Positions 1 to 8,563 of a stretch of DNA of 64,000 bases are shown one piece after another. Made by a program: the position numbers and the translations under genes. Every line of letters begins with the position of its first letter. Position 1 is the stretch's first letter. This DNA is from an uncultured delta proteobacterium (GTDB lineage: Bacteria > Desulfobacterota > RBG-13-43-22): NCBI GenBank assembly GCA_963711835.1, contig CAVQFQ010000004.1, forward strand, positions 320,001 through 384,000, read 5' to 3'. The notes beneath the pieces were generated by a model. The model was not told the DNA's origin. It saw nothing but the letters and a program-made list of their open reading frames with translations, and did no database searches.

Positions 1-83
1 GCAATGCTCTTGATAAGCGCGGCGAGGCTGCGACCAAGATGCATACTCTCAAGGTCTATGTTGAGTTCCGTTCGCAGTACTGA
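1..83 (+). CDS. 3' end of an unidentified CDS running in from the left edge
   Basis: Open frame from position 3 (NALDKRGEAATKMHTLKVYVEFRSQY) ending at TGA 81-83, just before an attC-like site. Confidence 0.3.
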   Translation, partial: NALDKRGEAATKMHTLKVYVEFRSQY

Positions 84-106
84 CTGAGATCGGTCTGTGG
101 TTGAAG

Positions 107-165
107 GCGCAACAAATAAATCGAGCGGACGTACTGACGGCGCCGCTGAGTTGGTGGTGTATGTG
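107..165 (+). repeat. degenerate attC-like site
   Basis: GCGCAAC left core, AGCGG/CCGCT inner arms, degenerate right end (GTGTATGTG); lies just after a stop codon. Confidence 0.35.
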
Positions 166-316
166 GCGGAGAGTGAAAAGATCGATACATTCATAGTCGG
201 AGATAGGGCGCGTAGTTTTGGACTACCCACGATCGGTATCGCTACTTTCAGCCTGTGTACAAACGCGGTAAAAGGGGATATTGGTGCAGGAATTGCTTGG
301 GATGGAGTAAAATGAA

Positions 317-1328
317 ATGAGCTATAGACGCGTTATCATTACCGGCTTTGGCGGGCCGGAGGTACTCAAGCTGGTCGAGGAAGCCGCCTTGCCGGAACCC
401 AAAGCCCGGCGAGGTGCGTATCAAAGTGTTGGTCACCAGCGCTGCTTTCACGGATGTGATGATCCGCAAAGGGAAGTATCCCGACGTGAAGGAGAAGCCG
501 CTCTTCACCGCTACGATATGGTCGGTATCGTTGAAAAGTTGGGCGATGGCGCGACCCGGTTCAAAGCGGGGCACGCGAGTGGCGGATCTCACCGTCATCG
601 GCGCTTACTCGGAGTACCTTTGTCTCCCGGAAAGCCGTTTGACACCTGTGCCCGATGGCCTCGACCCGGCGGAAGCGGTCAGCCTTGTTTTATCTTATGT
701 GACTGCCTATCAGATGCTGCACAGGATTGCCAAAGTCAAGGGAGGCCAGCGCATCCTGGTCCACGGTGCGGGCGGGGCGGTCGGTACGGCTATGCTTCAA
801 CTGGGCAAATTGCTCGACCTGGAAATGTACGGAACGGCTTCCAAGTCCAAGCATGAATTGGTTGCCCGGCTGGGGGCAACGCCGATTGACTACCAAAGCG
901 GGAACTGGGTTGAGCGCCTGCGCCATCTGACAGGCGACGGGGTTGACGCGGTCTTCGATCCGATAGGCGGGAATAGTTTCGGGCGATCATTCAGTCTTCT
1001 TCGGCGGGGTGGCCTGCTGGTCGCCTATGGTTTTTACAACGCCGTGATGGGCAAAGGCGGCAGCATCCCGCTTGACTTCATCCGGCTTAAACTGTGGAAC
1101 ATGATGCCCAACGGCCGCTCGGCGACCTTCTACTCGATCGGCGCCTTGCGGAAAAAACAGCCCGATTGGTATTCCGAGGATTTGACGAAGTTGTTCGCTT
1201 TGCTGGCTCAGGGCCAGATCAAACCAGTCATCGCCGCCCGTATGCCGCTGGCCGAGGCCCGGCGGGCACATGAACTCATCGAGCAGGCAGGGGTGCAGGG
1301 CAAGATCGTGCTCTTCGTAAGTGAGTGA
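317..1328 (+). pseudogene. MDR-family (zinc-type alcohol dehydrogenase/quinone oxidoreductase-like) gene, frameshifted
   Basis: Family-like segments alternate between two frames: FGGPEVLKL (317 frame), PGEVRIKV (348 frame), YDMVGIVEKLG (317 frame), then the GAGGAVG Rossmann motif and GKIVL end (348 frame); about three frameshifts, real or sequencing errors. Confidence 0.75.
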
Positions 1329-1367
1329 TGCCGATCAGAAAACCCTGACGCCTCACATGCATAAGAC

Positions 1368-1432
1368 GGGACGTTCGTGCAGAGATTGCTTGAGGGCTTA
1401 TAGGGAATGAGTAAATAGATAATTATGCCAAG
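1368..1432 (+). repeat. GGGACGTTCGTGCAG element, left arm (copy A)
   Basis: GGGACGTTCGTGCAGAGATTGCTTGAGGGCTTATAGGGAAT...ATGCCAAG; related copies at 4243, 6158, 30903, 31722, 32860, 33595. Confidence 0.9.
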
Positions 1433-1488
1433 ATCAGGTGACGAATTGGCGTGTCTGTCAATTGCCAAGAACCAAACGGAGGGCGGAA

Positions 1489-3435
1489 ATGAGCAAGCTG
1501 ATCCATACGAAAAAGATCTATCTTATTATTGCAATCATCCTGGTGATCGCGCTCTTGTTGCTCTATAAAAAACAAGCTAAGCAGGTAAAAGTTTCAGCCT
1601 TTGGCCAGTATCAGGGTTATTCCGAGGCGATTTTTGATGGCACCCGGCGCACTTCCGATTTCTTAACGTTAGCAGACGGAACGCGGCTGGCCTATGATCT
1701 GATCCTTCCGACGAAAAATGGGGTTCCTGCCGACAAGCCCTTACCGGTCCTTTTCAAATATACCCCTTATGGACGGGCCTGGACCATTTACGATAAGAAC
1801 GGGAAGAACAATCTTGCCGAACTGGTAACCTTACCCTGGTATTACAAGCCTATGGTCCGGATTCGATCCTGGTTCAAAGGCAATGTGATGGATGCCCTGT
1901 CCAGAGCGGAATGGCTGAAGGAGATGGTGCACTCCGGCTACGCCGTGATCGTGGTGGATCGGCCGGGAACCGGGGCCTCCTTTGGAAAGATGTCTATGGA
2001 CCCCGAGGCAGGAGCCAAAGAAACCGACGAGATCCTCAATTGGATAGCAACCCGGAGGTGGTGCGACGGCCACATCGGGATGTTTGGCGACTCCATCCAG
2101 GCCCAAATCCAGTTCCAGGCTGCCGGCACCGGCAACCCGCACCTGAAAGCCATCTTGCCCGCTACCACCTGGATGGACAACTACAGCGCGGTCGTCTTCC
2201 CCGGTGGTGTCCTGAATAAAGCCATGACCCATTTCTATGTCCGGGTCAATAAGGCTTTTGACTCTCTGGCAACACCCGTTGACCAGGACAAGGATGGGAT
2301 CTTACTGGCCCAGGCGCGCGCAGAGCGCCACCGCCTGGCGGCGCTCGCGGAATCGGTAAAAGGTGTCTCGCAAGCGCCATACCGTGACTTCCTCACACCA
2401 AAGGGCAAAAACCCCTGGATAGATTATAACGCCCTTTATCCCCTTTTGGATCGGATCAACCGGTCAGGCGTACCGGTTTACTTGATTAACGGTTGGTATG
2501 ACATCTACGCGCGCGATAATTTCATGATCTATGCCAACCTGACTGGTCCCAAGCGCCTGCTCGTCCGCCCGACGGATCATGACGGTATCGAGGCTCCCGG
2601 ATCGGATATCGACTATGCGGCGGAAGCCCATCGCTGGTTCGACTACTGGCTCAAGGGGATCGACAACGGCATTATGAAGGAACCGCCCATCCACTATTAC
2701 CTCCAAGGCGTGGGCAAAAAAGAGGCCTATAAGATCACCGATGTCTGGCCCCTGAAAAACCAGAAAATTACCCGCTATTACTTCGGAGCAGGCACAACCG
2801 GTGGAACCGCCTCCCTCAATAATGGCACGCTGGCTCCTTCCTCACCCACCACCTCCAACGGATCCGATACCTATACAGTCGACTATACCACCACCACCGG
2901 CACTAAGCCGCACTGGACGGCCCTCGCTTCAGCCCACGAATACCCCAATATGCGTTCCAATGACGCCAAAGCCTTGACCTATACCACTCCGCTGTTGGAG
3001 GCAGCCGCACAGGTCATCGGACATCCGGTCGCGCATGTCTGGTTAACCGGTAAGGCCCCGGATCTGGACCTATTCGCCTACCTGGAGGAGGTGGATGGCA
3101 AGGGAAACTCGACCTACGTCACCCAAGGCAACCTCAGGGCTTCCCATCGAGTCCTCAGCCGGGCCCCGTTTGATAACCTGGGCTTGCCCTGGCACAATCA
3201 TTTCCAAAGCGAGGTCAAGTTGATCCCGACTGGAGAGCCAGTGGAACTGGTCTTTGATCTGCTGCCCACCGCCTACCAGTTTGCCAAGGGCAAAAGCATC
3301 CGTATTACCATCGCCTTCGCCGATGCCAACAACTTCGACACTCCGGTTATCGATCCGGCGCCAAAAGTGCAATTGTTGAGGGATAAAAATCACCCATCAT
3401 TTGTCGAACTCCCGGTTGTTCAGGGGCTACGGTGA
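1489..3435 (+). CDS. CocE/NonD family hydrolase (peptidase S15-like) with N-terminal membrane anchor
   Basis: DGTRL, YTPY, DRPGTGAS, GMFGDSI, GWYD, WFDYWLKG motifs and C-terminal jelly-roll domain; ATG 1489 follows GGAGG. Confidence 0.85.
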   Translation: MSKLIHTKKIYLIIAIILVIALLLLYKKQAKQVKVSAFGQYQGYSEAIFDGTRRTSDFLTLADGTRLAYDLILPTKNGVPADKPLPVLFKYTPYGRAWTIYDKNGKNNLAELVTLPWYYKPMVRIRSWFKGNVMDALSRAEWLKEMVHSGYAVIVVDRPGTGASFGKMSMDPEAGAKETDEILNWIATRRWCDGHIGMFGDSIQAQIQFQAAGTGNPHLKAILPATTWMDNYSAVVFPGGVLNKAMTHFYVRVNKAFDSLATPVDQDKDGILLAQARAERHRLAALAESVKGVSQAPYRDFLTPKGKNPWIDYNALYPLLDRINRSGVPVYLINGWYDIYARDNFMIYANLTGPKRLLVRPTDHDGIEAPGSDIDYAAEAHRWFDYWLKGIDNGIMKEPPIHYYLQGVGKKEAYKITDVWPLKNQKITRYYFGAGTTGGTASLNNGTLAPSSPTTSNGSDTYTVDYTTTTGTKPHWTALASAHEYPNMRSNDAKALTYTTPLLEAAAQVIGHPVAHVWLTGKAPDLDLFAYLEEVDGKGNSTYVTQGNLRASHRVLSRAPFDNLGLPWHNHFQSEVKLIPTGEPVELVFDLLPTAYQFAKGKSIRITIAFADANNFDTPVIDPAPKVQLLRDKNHPSFVELPVVQGLR

Positions 3436-3513
3436 GTTACGGTGATTTAATGAAACGGCTGGACATTTTCGAATAGTATTACAGGCTCTAAACCTCAACG
3501 ACCATAATAGACC

Positions 3514-4227
3514 ATGATTCCCTGGGAATTACTCGACAGCGCCCCGGTACCTGGAACCGCTCAGGAACTGGAGTTGTATAAGCGGGGTCAGGAGTTTTCG
3601 ATCCGAATGGGTGGCCGCGAAATCATGGGCAGCCGGGCCCATGGCTCAGAAGAGGCCCTGGCCGAACGGGCCTGTGCCCGGATCGCCGGCCGGCCTCGGC
3701 CCTGTATCCTGGTTGGGGGCCTGGGCCTGGGCTACACCGTTGCCGCGGCCCTGAGGCGGCTCGGGCCCGGGGGCCGGGTGATCGTAGCCGAACTGGTGCC
3801 GGCCGTGGTCCGATGGAACCGGGGCCCCCTGGCCCATCTGGCCGGTTATCCCCTTCAGGATCGGCGGGTCACCATCCTGGAAGGCGACGTCGTCCGAATC
3901 CTGCAGGCCCAACCCCGGGCCTTTGATGCCATCCTGCTGGACGTGGATAACGGTCCCGAGGACCTGATCCGGAAAGGCAACGACCGGCTCTACGATCGGT
4001 CTGGCCTGGAGGCCATCCGGGCGGCCCTGCGGCCGGGAGGGGTGCTGGGAGTCTGGTCAGCCGGCCCCGATCGGGCCTTCGTCCAGCGTCTGGAGCGCGG
4101 GGGTTTCCGGGTCGAGGAGGTCCGGGTCCGGGGTCCCCGGGGCGGACGGCGGCACACCATCTGGCTGGCTGCGATCCCGGATCGGCCCCGGATATCGCCG
4201 CCTCCTACCCGCCGCAGCCTGAAATAA
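3514..4227 (+). CDS. spermidine synthase-like SAM-dependent methyltransferase
   Basis: MIPWELLD start, LVGGLGLG motif I, FDAILLDVDNGP, LRPGG. Confidence 0.8.
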   Translation: MIPWELLDSAPVPGTAQELELYKRGQEFSIRMGGREIMGSRAHGSEEALAERACARIAGRPRPCILVGGLGLGYTVAAALRRLGPGGRVIVAELVPAVVRWNRGPLAHLAGYPLQDRRVTILEGDVVRILQAQPRAFDAILLDVDNGPEDLIRKGNDRLYDRSGLEAIRAALRPGGVLGVWSAGPDRAFVQRLERGGFRVEEVRVRGPRGGRRHTIWLAAIPDRPRISPPPTRRSLK

Positions 4228-4242
4228 ACAGCCCAATTAAGC

Positions 4243-4340
4243 GCGATGTTCGTGCAGAGATTGTTTGAGGGCTTATAAGAATAGGTTAAGCCGGCGTCAT
4301 GCCAAAGTTAGCAAGGTAAAATACTTCCTTGGTGTCCATG
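4243..4340 (+). repeat. GGGACGTTCGTGCAG element, long left arm (copy B)
   Basis: GCGATGTTCGTGCAGAGATTGTTTGAGGGCTTATAAG...CATGCCAAAGTTAGCAAGG...CCATG; colinear with the first ~100 nt of the copy at 31722. Confidence 0.9.
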
Positions 4341-4588
4341 CGTTTTTCGAGGGCGAGCGGGTTAAGTCGTTTCAGGGGTTTGAGCGGCAAGCCATGTTAC
4401 GGCTCGAACGGCTCCACGCGGCGGACCGTCTCATGGCTCTGAACACTCCCGGAAACCGGCTTGAAGCCCTTAAGGGTGATCGCAAAGGCCGGCACAGCAT
4501 CCGCATCAATGACCAGTGGCGGATTTGTTTTGAATGGCCGGATAACTCCCCGGGGCCGCTTAATGTGGAAATTGTGGACTATCATTAG
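4340..4588 (+). pseudogene. higB: HigB/RelE-family toxin, 5' truncated by the repeat
   Basis: PGNRLEALKGDRKGRHSIRINDQWRICFEW...VEIVDYH; native N-terminus absent, and the ORF-track start at 4265 lies inside the repeat. Confidence 0.75.
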
Positions 4589-4599
4589 GAGGATAAACT

Positions 4600-4914
4600 A
4601 TGGCAAGGATTATCATTCATCCAGGGGAACACCTGGCCGATGAATTAAAGGCGCTTGGCATGAGTGCCAACGAGCTGGCAAAAGAACTGGGCGTACCGAC
4701 AAACCGGCTTACTCAGATCATACGGGGCAAACGCGGAATTACCGGCGACACAGCCCTGCGTCTTGGCCGGTGGTTCGGCACGGGGCCGGATATTTGGGTA
4801 AATCTGCAAAAAAATTATGAGTTGCGGCTGGCAGCGATTGAAATAGGCGACGCGCTGAAAAAAATTCCTCAGCATTACGGCAAAGTGAAGACAAACGGCG
4901 CGCTACGCCCGTGA
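4600..4914 (+). CDS. higA: HigA antitoxin (HTH)
   Basis: IHPGEHL...ITGDTALRLGRWFG...WVNLQ; AGGAGG RBS; directly after higB. Confidence 0.9.
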   Translation: MARIIIHPGEHLADELKALGMSANELAKELGVPTNRLTQIIRGKRGITGDTALRLGRWFGTGPDIWVNLQKNYELRLAAIEIGDALKKIPQHYGKVKTNGALRP

Positions 4915-4962
4915 TATCAAACGACGGGATAGGGTCGCAAGCCACCGAAAAGTTATTCCGAA

Positions 4963-5108
4963 GGCCATGGGACGGGTGTGTGGCCTAGTATCCCGGGGTG
5001 ACGGGTGGACGTGTCTATCGAGATCCCGCAAACAAAATCACGGGATAGACACGAAGGCGTTATTGGAAAACGAGCTATAACCACATGCACCTGCTGCACG
5101 CACGTCCA
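4963..5108 (+). repeat. GGGACGTTCGTGCAG element, middle and right arm
   Basis: GGCCATGGGAC...ATCCCGGGGTGAC...CCCGCAAACAAAATCA...CTGCACGCACGTCC; matches 28706-28825 and ends in the near reverse complement of the left arm. Confidence 0.85.
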
Positions 5109-5146
5109 TTTTTCACAGAAAGCGCTGATCGAGAAAGCGAGGCGGA

Positions 5147-5623
5147 ATGACTAAGAAGAACCTGACCTTGGTGATGGAATGGCTTCGGCCGGCCGGCATA
5201 GGGCTGGCTATTTTTTTCGCCTATTATTTGGGCAAAGATGCGATAGCGCGATTTCACATTATGGGGCCGTTCGTGGTGATGCTCATGTCCGGCACAGTGG
5301 CTTTTGAATCGCTGTTCTTGGGCGAAGCGGCCTCCGAAAAAATTGGCTATAAGCCTGATCGCGCCTATCAAATTCAATCGGGGCTGGCCAATGCGGCCAC
5401 AGCCATCACGGCCTTGCTTGTTTATCTGCTGGATTGGGGGCGCTATGCGGATGCCGCCATAGTCACCGCGATGTTGCTGTTCTTTACTTTCTCGGCCGCA
5501 AATCATGCCGCCACAGCCATCATCGAACGGAACTTCAAGCCCGTCAATTTATTGCGTCCGCTGATGGCCTTGTTATTGATTGGCTTCCTGCTCCCCCACA
5601 TGATCCAAGCGCTGAATCAATAA
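5147..5623 (+). CDS. hypothetical multi-pass membrane protein
   Basis: 158 aa, about five hydrophobic segments, GAGG RBS. Confidence 0.7.
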   Translation: MTKKNLTLVMEWLRPAGIGLAIFFAYYLGKDAIARFHIMGPFVVMLMSGTVAFESLFLGEAASEKIGYKPDRAYQIQSGLANAATAITALLVYLLDWGRYADAAIVTAMLLFFTFSAANHAATAIIERNFKPVNLLRPLMALLLIGFLLPHMIQALNQ

Positions 5624-5654
5624 AGCTGCTGCGCGATAGAATAGGATTCGACCC

Positions 5655-6119
5655 ATGTTACATATTTATGTAGATGCCGATGCCTGTCCGGTGAAAGAGG
5701 AAGTTTACCGGGTAGCCGAGCGCCATGGGCTTCGGGTCATCCTGGTGGCCAATTCCTGGATGCGCATCCCGGCGGAGGACTGGATTGAACTGGTCATAGT
5801 CGATGATCAGTTTGACGCGGCGGATGACTACATAGTCGATCACCTTGAAACCGATGACATCGTAATCTCCGGGGATATTCACCTGGCCGCCCGGTGCCTG
5901 GCCTCTGGGGCCTATGTGCTTCGCCCGACAGGCCGACCCTTTACCGAAACGAACATCGGCGACGCCCTGGCCACCAGGGACCTCCTTTCCCGGCTTCGGG
6001 ATGCCGGGAGCCTGGCCGGCGGACCTCCGCCCTTCAAAAAGAAAGACCGTTCCCTTTTCCTGCAGCAACTCGATGAGATCATTCAGTCGATCCGCCGGAA
6101 AAGGGTCTCTCCCTCCTGA
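5655..6119 (+). CDS. YaiI/YqxD (DUF188) family protein
   Basis: IYVDADACPVK, DAADDYI, GGPPPF...DR motifs. Confidence 0.9.
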   Translation: MLHIYVDADACPVKEEVYRVAERHGLRVILVANSWMRIPAEDWIELVIVDDQFDAADDYIVDHLETDDIVISGDIHLAARCLASGAYVLRPTGRPFTETNIGDALATRDLLSRLRDAGSLAGGPPPFKKKDRSLFLQQLDEIIQSIRRKRVSPS

Positions 6120-6157
6120 TTGATTCAATTCGTTAGTGGAGCAGTAGCCGTTGAAGC

Positions 6158-6183
6158 CGTTCGTGCAGAGACTGCTTGAGGGC
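6158..6183 (+). repeat. GGGACGTTCGTGCAG element, short left arm (copy C); right boundary of array 1
   Basis: CGTTCGTGCAGAGACTGCTTGAGGGC just before a convergent gene. Confidence 0.85.
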
Positions 6184-6194
6184 AGACTCCCGAA

Positions 6195-7502
6195 CTAATC
6201 CGCTGGGAACACCCGGTCACTGAAACTGTTGCGGAAGAGACCCTGCGGATCGCAGGTCCGCCGCAGCCGGTTGAAGGCGTCGTAAGCCGGATAAAGCGCC
6301 CGCAGCTCCGTCTGGGTCCTCGAGAAGGTCTTGCCCCAATGGGGGCGTCCCTCATAGTCGCGCATCAGGGCCTCGAATTCGGCGAAATACCCTTTCGCCC
6401 ATTTGGGGCTGCCCACGTAGGCCCCAATATAGCAACTATCGCGACCGCTGGCCGGACTCATGGGGATGTCGTCTGAGGCGACAAAACGCACCTCCAAGGG
6501 AAAATTCACCCGGTAATCCGCTTTGAGCACCATCTGTCTGGTCTCGTCAATGGCCTTGGCCGCCTTCTCGATCGGTATGGCATACTCCGCCTCCTGGTGG
6601 ATAGGAATCGAGCTGCTGACCTTGATCACCCGGTCGCTGCGATCCACCCGCCGGCGGGGATGAAAATGAATAGTCTGAACCGAATTATGTAAAAAAGGAA
6701 TGGTTTGGGGGAAGAGGCGGCCCAGCCCCATGAGTCCGGTAAACAGGAAGCCGGAGATTCCGGTCCGGTCCATAAATCCCGGGAAGCCGAAGCCGCCCCG
6801 AGGTTTATCCGTCTTGTTGAAGAAGTACACCTGGACCTTGTCGGTGTAGGCCAACCAATGAAACTTGCAGTAGTCGTTGTCCCTAAGGTACCCTTCCAGA
6901 TCGGCCAGGGCGGTGTCGAAATCCACAAGCTCCAGCCGCTCCTCCAGATCAAAGGCCTCGACGCAGTTAAAGGTGATCTCGGTGACCACCCCCAGGCAGC
7001 CGAGATTGACCCGGGCCGCTGAAAAAAGTTCCGGCTCGTGTTGGGCATCGAGTTCATGGACCTGCCCGAGACCGTCGAGCATCCGGATCTTTTCGATGGC
7101 GGTTGATAGTATCCGGGTCCTGGCCCCGGTGCCGTGGGTGCCGGTCCCGATATACCCGCCGGCGGTCTGCAGGATAATGGAGCCGAAATTATCAAAGGCC
7201 AGTCCGTGCCGGGCCAGAACTTCATTGACGTCTTTTAGACGGGCGCCGGCCTGGAGCCGGATCAGGCGCCGATCCCGGTCCACCTCCAGCACCTCGGCCA
7301 TCCGGTCGAAGCGGACGGCGATCTCCGGCGAATCGTTAATGTCCGACCATGACAAAGCCGAGCCCAGGGCCTTGATGTGTTTGCCGTCTTCAGCAGCCCG
7401 CCGAATCAGCCCGGCGATCTCCCCTTCGGACCTCGGATAATGGATCTCTTTAGGTTCCCAGGTCCGGCTGCCGTCCCAATTTCGGATAATTTTTGAACTC
7501 AT
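6195..7502 (-). CDS. FAD-linked aldonolactone oxidoreductase (D-arabinono-1,4-lactone oxidase family)
   Basis: GGYIGTGTHG, LGCLGVVT, FPLEVRF, RPHWGK, DPQGLF motifs. Confidence 0.85.
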   Translation of the reverse strand: MSSKIIRNWDGSRTWEPKEIHYPRSEGEIAGLIRRAAEDGKHIKALGSALSWSDINDSPEIAVRFDRMAEVLEVDRDRRLIRLQAGARLKDVNEVLARHGLAFDNFGSIILQTAGGYIGTGTHGTGARTRILSTAIEKIRMLDGLGQVHELDAQHEPELFSAARVNLGCLGVVTEITFNCVEAFDLEERLELVDFDTALADLEGYLRDNDYCKFHWLAYTDKVQVYFFNKTDKPRGGFGFPGFMDRTGISGFLFTGLMGLGRLFPQTIPFLHNSVQTIHFHPRRRVDRSDRVIKVSSSIPIHQEAEYAIPIEKAAKAIDETRQMVLKADYRVNFPLEVRFVASDDIPMSPASGRDSCYIGAYVGSPKWAKGYFAEFEALMRDYEGRPHWGKTFSRTQTELRALYPAYDAFNRLRRTCDPQGLFRNSFSDRVFPAD

Positions 7503-7698
7503 GGCGATCTCCTTAACCCCTCCTAAAAATAAAAAACTCTATCCCTTTGAAATAGGAAACAGGGCTTTTCCTTTCTGCCAATCTTCCTCCGGTTTAGGTT
7601 AAACGGAAAAGTAAAAAGAGCTTTGCCTAGTTAGCCTTCCAAATAACATGGTGGTCGAGTGTTGTCAATAATTCAGCCATCCTGACTCGTTGATACTG

Positions 7699-8403
7699 CT
7701 ATTCCCTCTGCTTGGCCCGGCGGACAATCGCTTCGGCCAGGATCTGGGCGGAATCAAAGACCATCACGGGCACGTCGATGGCTTCCGCTATGATGGAAAG
7801 CTCCGTGCAGGCGATTACCAGCGCCTCGGCCCCCTTTCGGGTCAGCTCCTGGGCCGCCTCTTTCAGGACGGAGCTTTCCTTTACCCCGTACCGGCCGGTC
7901 TTGATAATTTTAATGGATTGCATGATCCGATCCTGGATTTCCGCTGAGGGAAACATTACCTCCACCCCCCGCCGCTTGAAGGGCCGGAGATAGATCTCAG
8001 TCAGGATGACCGCCCTGGAGGTCAGCAGACCGACGCGTTTCAGGAGGGAGTTTTTCTTGAGGACCCTTTCCACGGTCAGGTCAACCATATTAAGGACGGG
8101 AATGCCGGCGGCTGATCGGATTTCTTCATAGTAGCAATGAGCCGTATTGCAGGGCATGGCCAGGAAGTCGGCCCCGTAGGCCGCCAGGCTGCGGGCCATT
8201 TCCTGCAGGCAGGGGACCGGGCTCTCGCCGCTTCCCTCGATGATGGCTTTGATCCGGGAGGGGATTTTGGGGTTGTTGTCCACGATCAACCGGATGTGGT
8301 CCTCATCGTCCCGGGCCGGGGTGGCCCGGATCACCCGTTCCATGAGGTCCACGGTGGCTTCCGGCCCCATCCCGCCGATTATCCCGACGATTTTATCACC
8401 CAT
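7699..8403 (-). CDS. aspartate/glutamate racemase family protein (possible cysteate racemase)
   Basis: GIIGGMGPEAT, PCNTAH, ACTEL; start set at MGDKIVG because the ORF extension is a translated repeat. Confidence 0.85.
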   Translation of the reverse strand: MGDKIVGIIGGMGPEATVDLMERVIRATPARDDEDHIRLIVDNNPKIPSRIKAIIEGSGESPVPCLQEMARSLAAYGADFLAMPCNTAHCYYEEIRSAAGIPVLNMVDLTVERVLKKNSLLKRVGLLTSRAVILTEIYLRPFKRRGVEVMFPSAEIQDRIMQSIKIIKTGRYGVKESSVLKEAAQELTRKGAEALVIACTELSIIAEAIDVPVMVFDSAQILAEAIVRRAKQRE

Positions 8404-8408
8404 ATGTG

Positions 8409-8557
8409 TTAACCCAAAATCCGAAATCCGAAACCAAAATCCGAAACAAACACGAAGGTCCAAAATCCAAATGATCAAAATAAAAACGTTTTGGGATTTT
8501 GAAATTTGGTCATTTGAATTTGTTTCGGATTTCGATATTCGGATTTCGAGTTTAACC
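8409..8557. repeat. palindromic heptamer-repeat element
   Basis: Tandem AAATCCG-type units facing their complements (TTCGGAT); flanked by TTAACC direct repeats; related to 20077-20231 and 51455-51525. Confidence 0.85.
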
Positions 8558-8563
8558 TATACT

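Noticed and set aside
1368-1410. The repeat's left arm as a sigma54 or sigma70 promoter
   Set aside because: Only copy F has GG-N10-GC, and the TTGCTT to TATAAG spacing is too short for sigma70.
4265-4339. N-terminal extension of HigB from the ORF track
   Set aside because: It is translation of the repeat arm, not HigB-like sequence.
8404-8478. Upstream ORF extensions of the racemase, and likewise of copA, the radical SAM gene and ispG
   Set aside because: Each extension starts in or runs through a repeat element; family-like sequence starts at the downstream ATG.
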